64,000 nt of DNA from a virus, in IMG/VR virus record IMGVR_UViG_3300006033_000016, positions 68,999 through 132,998 of that record, one strand, 5' to 3'. Position 1 is the stretch's first letter. Every line of letters begins with the position of its first letter. The position numbers and the translations under genes were made by a program. Of the stretch, positions 32,864 through 42,856 are shown piece by piece. Below the pieces are notes generated by a model, which saw only the letters and a list, made by a program, of their open reading frames with translations, was not told the DNA's origin and did not search any database.

Positions 32864-35800
32864 TCAGACCTGATCTCCGAAGAACCGTCGGTCAACAGAA
32901 TAGAGACCGAAGAGTCGCTTGATTGGATATCTAGCATTCCACCAATACTGGAAATTATAGGAAGTTCTGGAATCTCTTGCGCGGAATACTCTGACATCCT
33001 CGTCTGGGTCGATCGGGCGGGCATTGCCTGCATCGTCTGTGTAGGGGCCTATAATTCCTCTGGCAACGAGATTTGTAAGAATGTCCACCAAGAATGTTTG
33101 GATGATGGCCACTCCAGCTTGCTCAGAAGGAGGAACAATGGAAACAAGAGCGTTGTCCATCTGAGTACGGACCTCTCTAGTAGTGTATTCCTTCTGATTA
33201 ATGGCTACGCTAATTTCGTTGTTGTCATCACTGCTTCTGTCCACAGTGGTAGACTCTTCTATGCGGAAGACAGGAGCAACATCATCCCCCACATTGGACA
33301 CAAAGACTACAGAGGCAGCTATAAGTTGCAGCTGCTCAGGCTCTGAATAAGTACGTATGGTGTCGAATCCAAATAGGTTCTTTCGAAGAAGCGTCTCTCC
33401 GGGGTCGGCGAAACTTGCGTTTCGCGCCGCAAAGGCTCCTGCAATGAAAGATCCGTCAAGGGTCACGCTCACCTGGGTCCCGTCCGTAAGAACGATTGTC
33501 TTGGTAGCCTCTGTGTTTCCAATCAATACTCTCTTACCATGAGCTGGATTTTCTCCAAATACTTGAAGAGTTCTTTGCGCGAGGAAGGTGAGAGTTCCTG
33601 CTGTATTTGAATCTCCAATAGCAGTTCCTATGGGAGCACCAACCCAAAGCGCGCGTTCTCCGCTCTGGAAGGGGTCATTCATCTTCTCGTTGTTGGCCAA
33701 CGCAGCAGACAATGCAGAGAAGGTGTTCAATACAACAACGTCAGTAAGATTCTTTTCCTCTTCCGTTGCTTCTATTGCGGTAGTCACGTCCACAGCTGTG
33801 ATTATACCGTCTCCATCAGAATCAAACGCCTGACAGAAGTATGCGCCAGGTGCGTCATTATCATCCAAGGCTATCTGCGCCATTATGAGCAGATCGTTGG
33901 AGGTGGCGCTGGGACCAAGAAGACGGGCGGCTTCTTCGTAAGACAACGCACGAATTGGTGTGTTGTAAAGAGAAGCTGGACGTACAGTATTGGCAGTAAT
34001 GTAGTAGAGAGATGCAGGCGCTGGCTCTTCTCCTATGGTTTCGTACCTAATCTCCACAGGGTTCACTGGCGCAGTCGCAAACGCAACGTACGGCTGACTT
34101 GTGGAAGGAACGGAGTAGGAAGAGATTAGAGCGTCTGTTACTGTGTCACGGATGTAGATAATGTTTAGAGGAACCCCATCCAACACCACGTAACGAAGAC
34201 CTACTGTACCTGTGATCACACCTAGTGTATCAGTGAACACTTGAGTTGGGTCGATTGTCTCCGTAACTAATGTGGTGAGAGACCAATCTAACACATCCTC
34301 GCACACTGTATCAAAGGTCCACTGGTCTCCTATGACATGACGGTTGGCAGAGGTGGTTTGAGATCCGAGGTTCCTAACCCAGAGGTTGATTCCGCTGGAG
34401 AAGAAAAGCTGACCTCCGGGTCCGGTAGATTGTAGAAGACCAAACCCTCCTTCTGTGGTGCCTGTTAGGTAGGAGAAGGTGACTTGGTTATTTGCTCCTG
34501 TAACGCCTACAGCAGAAACATCCAGAGAGAAGGATCTGTCATCTTTTGCGGTGATGTACGACCTTCTAGCATTAGCCTGGAACCAGTAGATGTCGTTGAC
34601 AGCAAAGTTAGATGCCCCAAACTCCAGGTCTAGAAGGACGCCGTCTCCCAAGTCTACGTTCGAGTTGGTGGACAATGACTCAGATATGGAGAAGGTGCGA
34701 GCAGACCCGTTGTACTGAAGATCTGCCATCTCTCCCCATGACTGCCAGACGAAAGAAGCAGTGCGAGTTCCGGGCGCACCGCCTGCTGCGGTACAAACTA
34801 GAGCAAATCTACGGTTGTAGAGACCAGTGAATTCAGCATCATCCCTCAAAGAAACAATACCGGTTCCTACAACAGGACCTCCTACTGTGGTAGAGTAGTT
34901 AGGAGCCACAGCCGTCTGCGTCACAACACCAGAGTTTACGGCAGAAAAACTACTGTGCTGCTGAGTGTTGGTGAGAGCAGAATCAAGCTCCAAGAGGGAG
35001 GGACCTACGCTTGTTACCTCGTAAAGTTCATCTCCGGTAACAACAGCACCTGTGTCATCTAGGATGATGGATATTACGTCACCAGTGATGTCAGTGAAAT
35101 TTACTGGTGTGCTGACTCCTCCTGGAGTGTCGAACTCAACAGCAACAGCAGGAGAGGCTAGGGTAGAGTGAAGCGGAAGTTGAGGCTGAGTGCCATCAGC
35201 AACGGAACCAAAGGTTGAAGCTGCTGTTAAGGTAACTCCTGCGGCCACTTCTGGAATGGAAGCCCCGGAATCCAGCAAAACAGTAATGGTAGCAGGTATA
35301 GTGACACCAGGAGCCCCGAAATCTATACGATACCGTCTGTTGTAATTGTGGTTGGAAGAAGAGGTTGCTTGAATACCCACCACAGGACTTCCTGTGCCGG
35401 AAACCTTGCGAACGTAGCCCGCTGTAGTGTAAGTGGCACCTACCATAGCGGCCGAAGGAAACTGCAATCCAGTGGTACCCAAAATAGCGTTGGCAGTTCC
35501 AGCGGTAACCTCTATGGAGGAAATACCAGGGTCAAACGAGTTTGAGCGAAGAGTGAGAAACCCGCCAGTAGCCTCAAGTGCAGTGCCAGTGGACTCAATC
35601 ACAGAGTTTATTTGTGATACTACCTGTGCAGTGGTAAAACTGCCTGCTGTAGCAAAGGTCACCACAAAAGGCGTGGAGTCGATAGTTACGTTGAGAATCT
35701 CTCCTCCTGCGAAGATGTAGGGACCCGCAAGAGTGGAGGTGATCTGCGCAGGCTCGTATCCTACGTCGGTAGATCCAGAGAAGGCATTCGAAACAGAAGC

Positions 35801-36337
35801 ATCGGGTGTGGTGATAGACACAGGTACGTAATAATGAACGTACTCTTCGTACCTCTCCTGATTTTCGGTATCTCCGATGAATCGGACCTCTCTCACTTCA
35901 TCGAAAGGAAGCTCATCTTGAATGGTTCGAGAGGTAGACTGGTAGTCTAAACTGTAGGTGAAGTTGAGAGAGAACGCCTCAGGAGCAAGGAGAACAGAGT
36001 CATAGATCCCACTTCCAGGAGTAGACTCTAGAAATCTCCACTTAGAGGCGGGGACAATTACGCCATCCGAACGAAAAAGTCTAGAAACTGTCTGATCGTT
36101 TAGTGCTGGTTGAGCCAGAGCTACAATGTGAGGGGAAACAGAAGGAAAGGATAGAGTTACGTCAGAAAGGTAGCTTCTACGAATAGGCTGGTTAAACACC
36201 GTTCTAAGACGAGTTCCCTTACCCACGTAACATGGAAGTCGAGCAAAACCAGTAAGCCCTGTGGGCGCTACTCGGTTTACTCTTCCAATATAAGTTCCAG
36301 GCTTTGTTGCACGATTTGTTACAAGAACGTCAGGCAT
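32864..36337 (-). CDS. Contractile tail sheath protein (large, with inserted domains)
   Basis: N-terminal KPGTYI; C-terminal sheath-like segment (GSFIAGAFAA...TT...EISV...L..LVARGII...YPIKR). Confidence 0.8.
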   Translation of the reverse strand: MPDVLVTNRATKPGTYIGRVNRVAPTGLTGFARLPCYVGKGTRLRTVFNQPIRRSYLSDVTLSFPSVSPHIVALAQPALNDQTVSRLFRSDGVIVPASKWRFLESTPGSGIYDSVLLAPEAFSLNFTYSLDYQSTSRTIQDELPFDEVREVRFIGDTENQERYEEYVHYYVPVSITTPDASVSNAFSGSTDVGYEPAQITSTLAGPYIFAGGEILNVTIDSTPFVVTFATAGSFTTAQVVSQINSVIESTGTALEATGGFLTLRSNSFDPGISSIEVTAGTANAILGTTGLQFPSAAMVGATYTTAGYVRKVSGTGSPVVGIQATSSSNHNYNRRYRIDFGAPGVTIPATITVLLDSGASIPEVAAGVTLTAASTFGSVADGTQPQLPLHSTLASPAVAVEFDTPGGVSTPVNFTDITGDVISIILDDTGAVVTGDELYEVTSVGPSLLELDSALTNTQQHSSFSAVNSGVVTQTAVAPNYSTTVGGPVVGTGIVSLRDDAEFTGLYNRRFALVCTAAGGAPGTRTASFVWQSWGEMADLQYNGSARTFSISESLSTNSNVDLGDGVLLDLEFGASNFAVNDIYWFQANARRSYITAKDDRSFSLDVSAVGVTGANNQVTFSYLTGTTEGGFGLLQSTGPGGQLFFSSGINLWVRNLGSQTTSANRHVIGDQWTFDTVCEDVLDWSLTTLVTETIDPTQVFTDTLGVITGTVGLRYVVLDGVPLNIIYIRDTVTDALISSYSVPSTSQPYVAFATAPVNPVEIRYETIGEEPAPASLYYITANTVRPASLYNTPIRALSYEEAARLLGPSATSNDLLIMAQIALDDNDAPGAYFCQAFDSDGDGIITAVDVTTAIEATEEEKNLTDVVVLNTFSALSAALANNEKMNDPFQSGERALWVGAPIGTAIGDSNTAGTLTFLAQRTLQVFGENPAHGKRVLIGNTEATKTIVLTDGTQVSVTLDGSFIAGAFAARNASFADPGETLLRKNLFGFDTIRTYSEPEQLQLIAASVVFVSNVGDDVAPVFRIEESTTVDRSSDDNNEISVAINQKEYTTREVRTQMDNALVSIVPPSEQAGVAIIQTFLVDILTNLVARGIIGPYTDDAGNARPIDPDEDVRVFRARDSRTSYNFQYWWNARYPIKRLFGLYSVDRRFFGDQV

Positions 36338-36401
36338 CTTTCCTCTTTTATTACTATGTACTCTGATTATTACTCAGTAGGCATAGATTCGATAGGTATT
36401 A

Positions 36402-36896
36402 TCACTCTAAGTCTAGGGCTATCTCGTCCAGAGCGTTGACTTCGCCATCTCTTCCATCCAGCGAGTCCAAACCGTCTTCCTCGATCTCAGGTTCTGCGTT
36501 AGAAGGAGGTCCCTGACGTCCTGGATCCATATCCATCTTTTGGGATGCTAGATCCCGTAGAGTTCGATAGAACTCATGAAGGTCTTTCTCATGCTTCTCT
36601 GCATCCCGAACCAATTTCTTAACCAGTTTAACCTGTTCACTATCGTGACCGTAACTATCCATAAATATATAGATTAGGTTTTGTCCACGATTGTTGTTCC
36701 ACCAATTAAGAAAGTCAGGCCAACTTTCTACCTCTATATTAGATTCAGATTTGGCAGCAAGTCGAATAGTCTCGTTTGCGTGCACCTCTCTCAAGAAGGC
36801 CCCAATACGATAAGAGATCGCATCTTGACCTCTACGTTCTGCTTCAGCAGCCAAGTTTTTCAAAAAGGGTACAAGGATGTTATGCATAGAAGACAC
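36402..36896 (-). CDS. Hypothetical protein
   Basis: 164-aa ORF. Confidence 0.7.
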   Translation of the reverse strand: MSSMHNILVPFLKNLAAEAERRGQDAISYRIGAFLREVHANETIRLAAKSESNIEVESWPDFLNWWNNNRGQNLIYIFMDSYGHDSEQVKLVKKLVRDAEKHEKDLHEFYRTLRDLASQKMDMDPGRQGPPSNAEPEIEEDGLDSLDGRDGEVNALDEIALDLE

Positions 36897-36964
36897 TCTA
36901 AGGGTGAGTGGAACAAACCTAGATAAGCAGGAGAGGGTAACATTTAAGAATGAAACCTACTAAA

Positions 36965-37585
36965 TCACTCGGGTCTTTCTTTATTGTCTGAGAGACCCGA
37001 CCAAGAGTCCAGGGCAGACAACCCGAGCACATCAGTTTGAGCGTAGGCAGACCTCTCATGTTCAGAATCCCTATAGGCAATCAAGAAAATCTGAGATAGA
37101 ATGGACTTAATTGATGCAAAGAATCCTACGCCCTCTGGCTTCTTCACTAAATGACCGTGTCGAAGAACAGCTGTGACAAAGTTAGGCAACTGCCATGCTC
37201 CTCCGGAAACCCACAAGAGAAAGCCAAAAAGTACGTCCTCTGTCACTATGGAGGTAATCAAACCCACAAAAAAGGATAAAAACATCAGGTCCTCCACCTG
37301 AGCGACATGAATTCTCTCATGCTGCTCTATTCTTTCGTCGTCTTCCACTGAGGGGTCCCTATGAGAAGGATGGTAGAGTATACCCCGACCCAAAGTAGTA
37401 GAGAACTTCCAAAAATTGGAAAACCAAGGACGCCAGAAGGTAGTAAGAATCCCAGTTCTTTCCATGCGCAGAGATCTAAAACTGGCAAGCTGAAGTACGC
37501 AGGCTATAAGCACCAGGGCCCAGCAGATCACAGCCCAAGGAGCCACAAAAGAAAATCTTACCCATGAAAATACAATTCTAACCAT
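36965..37585 (-). CDS. Membrane protein with HExxH metallopeptidase-like motif
   Basis: TTLG...HERIHVAQ...YR...E..AY; hydrophobic segments. Confidence 0.7.
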   Translation of the reverse strand: MVRIVFSWVRFSFVAPWAVICWALVLIACVLQLASFRSLRMERTGILTTFWRPWFSNFWKFSTTLGRGILYHPSHRDPSVEDDERIEQHERIHVAQVEDLMFLSFFVGLITSIVTEDVLFGFLLWVSGGAWQLPNFVTAVLRHGHLVKKPEGVGFFASIKSILSQIFLIAYRDSEHERSAYAQTDVLGLSALDSWSGLSDNKERPE

Positions 37586-39464
37586 TTTTAGACTCCATTT
37601 TGTTAATGAACTTTATCTTGTGACCATTGGTCAGGTAGGAAGAAAACCTAGTTCTCATGACATCAATTGCTTGTTTGTTGGAGTCAACGAGGATGAAGTG
37701 TCTATTGTTTTTTAGTGCTGCCTCGCCGACAGTTCCACTTCCAGCAAATATGTCCAATACTATTCCTCCAGGAGGGCTAGAGGCTCTAACTATTCGTTCA
37801 GCCAGTCCTACAGGCTTTTGTGTAGGATAACCAGTCTTTTCTTTTCCTGTAGGACTTACAATGGTATGCCACCAACAGTTTCCGCATATAGCCATCTTGT
37901 TATTTCTGCGTACTACCAAAGTGTGATGGGGGTCAACTGTAGCGCAGTAAACCATACCAGAGTAAGGAACTATGGAAATATGACGATCTCTCCAGATAGT
38001 ACTCTCAGTAGAGGTTCTACGCTGAACAATATACTTGGGCACACGCATTCGTGCCTTGACCGGCACAGTAGAAATGTTAGCGGAATGACCTAGCTTAAAG
38101 AATATTTCTTGTACCTGGCTGGCTAGTGTGTAGCTGGTAGTGTGATAGCACCAGTCTTCTTCGCGGCTCTTTGCACGTCTAAGTCGTTTAGACCCATCAC
38201 CAAGCATCAGGCCATGAAGTAGTCTAGATAGGTGTTGAGGACCCAGGTCCAAAAACTCACGAGGAATTTCCTTGTTGTAGGAGTAAGTTCCAAAGCTGCG
38301 GACAAATGAATGTAATTGCTTATTGGAAATAGTGTAGGTACCCCGAGAGCAGGACCAAGACAACTTCATCCTAGAGAGAAGGTCTTCCAGCTCACGAGTG
38401 TTCTTAGTCTGAGAAATGCAAACTTCTTTCCTATCTCTGTAGGTGACCGTGCATCCCTCAGATAAAAACCACCCAATAAATTCACACCAATCCCCTAGGT
38501 CGAAGGAGGGGAGAGGCTTACCTGGTCTTTGGTATTCAACGACAGGCACAGAGTAGGTAGTCTCAGAGGTAGTCTCAGGGTCATATGTGACTTTATTGAG
38601 CAAAGACACATACTGCCACCTAGACACCTCAGATGATGGGACAAACACGTAAGACTTGCCGTGTTTTGGTCGAATCCACATGTTATGATTAGGAGTTACC
38701 AACAAATCTATAGTCTTCGACTTCATGTGATACATGTCACCGTCATAATGGTAAGCGTGTAACTTAGAAGGATGACAGTATAGCAAGGATCCAGATGGGC
38801 TCACAGACGCCAGAACATCCTGGTCAGTAAGGTCAGAAAACAATTTCCACCCACAACCTGTGAGGACTTCAGTATCAGAGGAGTAGCAGTCGGTTGGAAG
38901 TTTGCCCCGCTTAGCCTTTTCTTCTGAAACCATACCAGGGGCCATATAAGGTATCCTGTCAATGTCGTCCAAAGAAAAGAAATGGGACCCAAGAGATTTG
39001 ACCCACACATTTATGTTGTCATGCTTAGCTGGCCACCTATTTTTAGGCTTTCCTCCATAATCATATGCCCAAATTATCTCATTAAGATAATTTTCTCTAC
39101 CAAATATGGAGTCTCCTACTATCCTAACGTAGGGAGACTCTCGGTAGTCCAAGTGGAGGTAGAGGCTTCCACTTGGCTTCAGCACTCTATGTATTTCTTG
39201 AAGCCTTAAAGAGATAAATTGAAGATAAGCTCCGTGATAAGAGTCTGTGTAGGACATAACCTCTCCTAGGTCTTGTACTACATATTGGCGGTCACCAAAT
39301 CCTTTCCTGTCCCCTTCTCCTACTACAGAAGACATCTTGGCATTTTGCCTTTTTTGTGTGTGTCCTGTGTTGAAGGGAGGGTCGGTGTACACCAAGTCAA
39401 CAGACTCATCAGGCAGCATTCTTAGAATGTCCAAATTCTCTGCCCAGTAAATTTTGTTAGACAT
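37578..39464 (-). CDS. N6-A/N4-C DNA methyltransferase (beta class) interrupted by an intein
   Basis: DPPF catalytic motif N-terminal; YPTQKP and DIFAGSGT C-terminal. Confidence 0.92.
   Translation of the reverse strand: MSNKIYWAENLDILRMLPDESVDLVYTDPPFNTGHTQKRQNAKMSSVVGEGDRKGFGDRQYVVQDLGEVMSYTDSYHGAYLQFISLRLQEIHRVLKPSGSLYLHLDYRESPYVRIVGDSIFGRENYLNEIIWAYDYGGKPKNRWPAKHDNINVWVKSLGSHFFSLDDIDRIPYMAPGMVSEEKAKRGKLPTDCYSSDTEVLTGCGWKLFSDLTDQDVLASVSPSGSLLYCHPSKLHAYHYDGDMYHMKSKTIDLLVTPNHNMWIRPKHGKSYVFVPSSEVSRWQYVSLLNKVTYDPETTSETTYSVPVVEYQRPGKPLPSFDLGDWCEFIGWFLSEGCTVTYRDRKEVCISQTKNTRELEDLLSRMKLSWSCSRGTYTISNKQLHSFVRSFGTYSYNKEIPREFLDLGPQHLSRLLHGLMLGDGSKRLRRAKSREEDWCYHTTSYTLASQVQEIFFKLGHSANISTVPVKARMRVPKYIVQRRTSTESTIWRDRHISIVPYSGMVYCATVDPHHTLVVRRNNKMAICGNCWWHTIVSPTGKEKTGYPTQKPVGLAERIVRASSPPGGIVLDIFAGSGTVGEAALKNNRHFILVDSNKQAIDVMRTRFSSYLTNGHKIKFINKMESKNG
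37878..38888 (-). mobile_element. Intein with LAGLIDADG homing endonuclease domain (337 aa)
   Basis: Starts CYSSDTEVLT, block B VTPNH, LAGLIDADG-like GWFLSEG and GLMLGDGS, block F VYCATV, ends ICGN with +1 Cys. Confidence 0.9.
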
Positions 39465-40534
39465 TACGAGGGTATGACCTTAACTTGCCAAGAGTGAAGG
39501 ACCCTGGGACCACTGTCAGACCCAGGAGTTTCCTGCACAAGCTTTACAGAAAAGGTTCCCAGTCTCTTTGGCACTATGGCACATGTTTTCTGGTCTACCA
39601 GGGCTATTCTTGGGTTATCAGTGATGAATATAGACCTAGCAGGAATCCAGTCTGCCTCGATGACCGCATGCTGTGAGAGGCGTACCGTCTCAGGAACACG
39701 TATGGATGATATAGAGGGCGCAGTAGAGAGAGGAACTGCTTGACCCGTATCCAATCTAAATCCAACAGGTATGGATGAGTCAAACCCAGACTGGATTCTG
39801 AACATATCAGGGTGTACCTGGTTGTCGAACCCAACATTAATCAAGCCCTCAAAAGAAGGAGTAATGGATATGTTGGAGGTCCAAAGAATGTCTTTTTGGT
39901 CATCTGTAATATTCTGCTTGTCCAGACCAGAAGCTTGGAAATCAAGAGGTAGACGTACTTCCCATTTGTCCTCTTTCCTTTTGCTTCGTATGACATGACC
40001 TTTGTTAATGTGAGATAGCGGTCCGAATATGTACACCAGCAAGTCACGGATGTCCGCACATGTGGTTTCGTCTAAGGCCGCAATCCTAAGGTCTAAGGGA
40101 ACGTTAGCCAACATGGAAAGCTGAACTGAAGACGTATTAATGTTTATGGGCCAGGAATCTGTAATTCCTCCAAGACCTGGATTTTCGTATTCGAATCCGG
40201 TGTCAACTAGGATGATACATGGAAGCCGTTGTCTAAGTTCCCCCCAATAGCGTTGGAGCTGCACTTCATACACTGACGGGTCATCGCTATCCCTGGCTCC
40301 CTTAATGCGTGTCTCAAATTGCACAGAAAATCCCGCAGTAAGGTTGAGTAACCTTCTGTGTATCCCATCAGGAGATAAAAACAAACTAAGGTAGGACTGG
40401 ACAGCTGACTTGACTGTCTCAGTGACCCTGGCTTCGGCATCTTTGGCCACCACCTCTCTCTTTGAGCGAGGTACAGCAGTAAAAATGTAGTCTTCTGGTT
40501 TTTCTTCTGACACGTAACAATATAGCCGGGTCAC
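39464..40534 (-). CDS. Putative virion (neck/tail-completion-like) protein
   Basis: 356 aa; possible Ig-like C-terminus; assignment from context only. Confidence 0.55.
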   Translation of the reverse strand: MTRLYCYVSEEKPEDYIFTAVPRSKREVVAKDAEARVTETVKSAVQSYLSLFLSPDGIHRRLLNLTAGFSVQFETRIKGARDSDDPSVYEVQLQRYWGELRQRLPCIILVDTGFEYENPGLGGITDSWPININTSSVQLSMLANVPLDLRIAALDETTCADIRDLLVYIFGPLSHINKGHVIRSKRKEDKWEVRLPLDFQASGLDKQNITDDQKDILWTSNISITPSFEGLINVGFDNQVHPDMFRIQSGFDSSIPVGFRLDTGQAVPLSTAPSISSIRVPETVRLSQHAVIEADWIPARSIFITDNPRIALVDQKTCAIVPKRLGTFSVKLVQETPGSDSGPRVLHSWQVKVIPS

Positions 40535-40544
40535 GATTGGGGTT

Positions 40545-40587
40545 AAAGAGAAAAGGGCCAGTCATAACGACTGGCCCTTTTCTCTTT
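40545..40587. terminator. Intrinsic terminator (bidirectional-type)
   Basis: AAAGAGAAAAGGGCCAGTC-ATAAC-GACTGGCCCTTTTCTCTTT. Confidence 0.8.
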
Positions 40588-41042
40588 CAATCTTCTAGAG
40601 ATTCTATAGCTTCTCTTAGCTCAGAAGAGCTAGCTCCTTTGGAGACTGGAGTCCTTCCGATCATCGCCACGTCCTCTACTGAAATGTACGTGGCAATTCC
40701 CCTTGTACCGGGATGGTCGACTACGAAGTGAGTTATATGGTCCATCTTACTCAGCAAGATACGCCGAGCGATCTTTATGAGTCCTACCTGCTGAACTTCC
40801 TTCTTACCTGAAGGCAAGGTCACAGTTCGACGAGTCAGTGGGTATAGGTGCTCTGAGGCAGAAGGATTTCGGATCCAACAATACTTCTTGGCTGAGTCCT
40901 TGCTAGAGAAGAGCAGAACTACGTATTTCCCTGTGGTCATGTCCAACTCGACAGCAGGGATGCCAGCGTCAGACCTCTCACTTATTGCCCAGAACTCATG
41001 GTCCAATGGGATTTTCTTTGTTTCTTCTTCGGGTGTTGTCAC
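40587..41042 (-). CDS. Hypothetical protein
   Basis: 151-aa ORF. Confidence 0.75.
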   Translation of the reverse strand: MTTPEEETKKIPLDHEFWAISERSDAGIPAVELDMTTGKYVVLLFSSKDSAKKYCWIRNPSASEHLYPLTRRTVTLPSGKKEVQQVGLIKIARRILLSKMDHITHFVVDHPGTRGIATYISVEDVAMIGRTPVSKGASSSELREAIESLED

Positions 41043-41830
41043 GACTCAGACTCCTCAGTATTAGAAGGTAGAGAAGGCGCTAAAGAAGCTTCCTTAAACC
41101 TAGTCATCCAAGTACTCACATTTCGGTAGTACCTATAGTTGAACCAACTAGGACTGTTATGCTGAACCCAATAGCCGTCCATACAGGGAACATCATACCT
41201 TACGACCCTCACAGACCCATCATTTCTGTTTACAGAATGAACTCCTCTGTAACTAGAAATGGAAGAGCACGCAGCTTGGTAAGATTGCAAGGAGTGGGCA
41301 AGAAGTCGGATGCTAACCCGTGCCTCCAGTAGACTAGAGGCACGGGTTACACCAGCAGACACTGCAGCTCTTCCAGGCCATCTGTACTGGACTAGTCCAG
41401 CATCAAATGCAGAAACACCAAGGGAAGACCTCCAGGAAGAATTATCTAAAAGTCGGGCTAAATCCGACTCTACAGGATCCCGGCCATAGCGAGCAGAGAA
41501 AGACGAACTAAACGCTCTCCATTCATTCCTAGATATGGCGCATCGATTTAGTGAAGATTCCTGCATAGCTATAGCAATAGCTACCCATGGGTCAAAGGAC
41601 TCATTGCGAGTCTTCTCTTCCATCAACAACTTGGCGTATTCAAGAGAGCGCTGAGTGGCCTCTGAAGCACTCAGGTGCCGACCACATTCAAACCAACGTA
41701 CGTTTCCTGATTCTCCTGTCTTGACCCGATGAATAGCAGCGGCAAGCCCAAGAGTCTCACTCTCCATGTCTTGCGCAGACGCTGGAACTGTGAGGGATAG
41801 AATGGTCAATAAAAGAAAAAAGTATCGCAT
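41039..41830 (-). CDS. Secreted lysozyme-like/lytic transglycosylase-like protein
   Basis: Signal peptide ending ASA; AIAMQESS...DAGLVQ resembles SLT motifs. Confidence 0.55.
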   Translation of the reverse strand: MRYFFLLLTILSLTVPASAQDMESETLGLAAAIHRVKTGESGNVRWFECGRHLSASEATQRSLEYAKLLMEEKTRNESFDPWVAIAIAMQESSLNRCAISRNEWRAFSSSFSARYGRDPVESDLARLLDNSSWRSSLGVSAFDAGLVQYRWPGRAAVSAGVTRASSLLEARVSIRLLAHSLQSYQAACSSISSYRGVHSVNRNDGSVRVVRYDVPCMDGYWVQHNSPSWFNYRYYRNVSTWMTRFKEASLAPSLPSNTEESES

Positions 41831-41832
41831 AG

Positions 41833-41865
41833 AAAAATCAAGGGACTGGTTTGACCCAGTCCCTT
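41833..41865 (-). terminator. Intrinsic terminator-like hairpin
   Basis: AAGGGACTGG-GTCAAA-CCAGTCCCTT-GATTTTT. Confidence 0.6.
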
Positions 41866-41885
41866 CTCCGGTTGTTTTGATAGGT

Positions 41886-42149
41886 TCAGTTTACAGAGAT
41901 AAAGGACTTAGGTGTAAGTGAGTTCATCTCCAGGGATGCAGAGTTATGCATCGCAGTAGCTTCTTCGTATAGGAGGGTAGCCTCCAAAAACAAGCTCTCG
42001 GCGCTCTCACTTCTACGCAAGGAATCACGGTGTAGCCGATCGAGAGCAGCGGCAGCAGCTTCAAGCTGGGCAAAGCGGGCCCTGAGATAGAAGAAAGCAA
42101 CCACTTCAACCAACAAAAACACCACAACAAAAAATGATACTAGGTACAT
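41886..42149 (-). CDS. Small membrane-anchored coiled-coil protein (start reassigned to ATG 42149)
   Basis: GGAGG Shine-Dalgarno before ATG; N-terminal TM helix. Confidence 0.65.
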   Translation of the reverse strand: MYLVSFFVVVFLLVEVVAFFYLRARFAQLEAAAAALDRLHRDSLRRSESAESLFLEATLLYEEATAMHNSASLEMNSLTPKSFISVN

Positions 42150-42166
42150 TTGACCTCCTACCTCTA

Positions 42167-42182
42167 TAGTATGGTAAGGGTT
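42167..42182 (-). promoter_or_regulatory. Conserved 16-bp motif copy (AACCCTTACCATACTA)
   Basis: Intergenic, 17 nt upstream of ATG 42149. Confidence 0.55.
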
Positions 42183-42187
42183 CGATG

Positions 42188-42856
42188 TCAGGAAGAAGTA
42201 TAGTAGTCCGAAAGGTACTCGTAAGACCTGTAATCGTAACACTGTACAGAGTCGAACTGAAGACAAGAAAGAAGGTTGGCCACCTTGTACTGAAGAGCAA
42301 ACCTTCCTGTGACAGTTCCTAGCTCTAGGTCCGGTCTAAGAGAAGCTATCTCTACCTCCGACTGGTGGGGGTCTGTAGGTCGAGGCAGGTCTACTCGTCT
42401 TACACGAATTATGAAGGAATCCCTGCTTCTCAGATACTTTTCTTCGTTCAAGAAACGTAGGTCGGAGATGATCACCTTGTCATAGACTGATATAAGTCGG
42501 TCCAAAAGATCAATCCAATAGTTAGAACTAACACTTCTAACGTAGTCTGTACCAAAATATTGAAGAACATGCCTTGGGCAATGGGCTGTCATACCCCGTG
42601 GAAGGATGTTGAGCCCAGTCTCTTTGCACATCTCGGAGAGATAGTCATCTAAAAAAATAGGCTCAAGAAATAATTCTTCCTTCCCTTTATCGTCGAACAC
42701 CTGTTCCTTGGAGAGATTGAATACCCTCATGGACATTTCTTTTAGAGGCGCTGCAAAATGTGTAAGGTGCCAAGTGGAGTCCTGTTCTCTAACCATATGA
42801 GCTAAGGAATCTTTGCCATGTCCCTTATACCCTGTAATTCCCAAAATCTTGGTCAT
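42188..42856 (-). CDS. Deoxynucleoside monophosphate kinase
   Basis: GITGYKGHGKD, FAAPLK, R..LQ..GT...R, ISD.RF.NE, H.SE. Confidence 0.9.
   Translation of the reverse strand: MTKILGITGYKGHGKDSLAHMVREQDSTWHLTHFAAPLKEMSMRVFNLSKEQVFDDKGKEELFLEPIFLDDYLSEMCKETGLNILPRGMTAHCPRHVLQYFGTDYVRSVSSNYWIDLLDRLISVYDKVIISDLRFLNEEKYLRSRDSFIIRVRRVDLPRPTDPHQSEVEIASLRPDLELGTVTGRFALQYKVANLLSCLQFDSVQCYDYRSYEYLSDYYTSS

Noticed and set aside
2310-36402. AATACCTA after stop codons (about 2312, 30233, 36393) as a late promoter
   Set aside because: Only three short AT-rich matches; cannot be distinguished from chance without a motif search.
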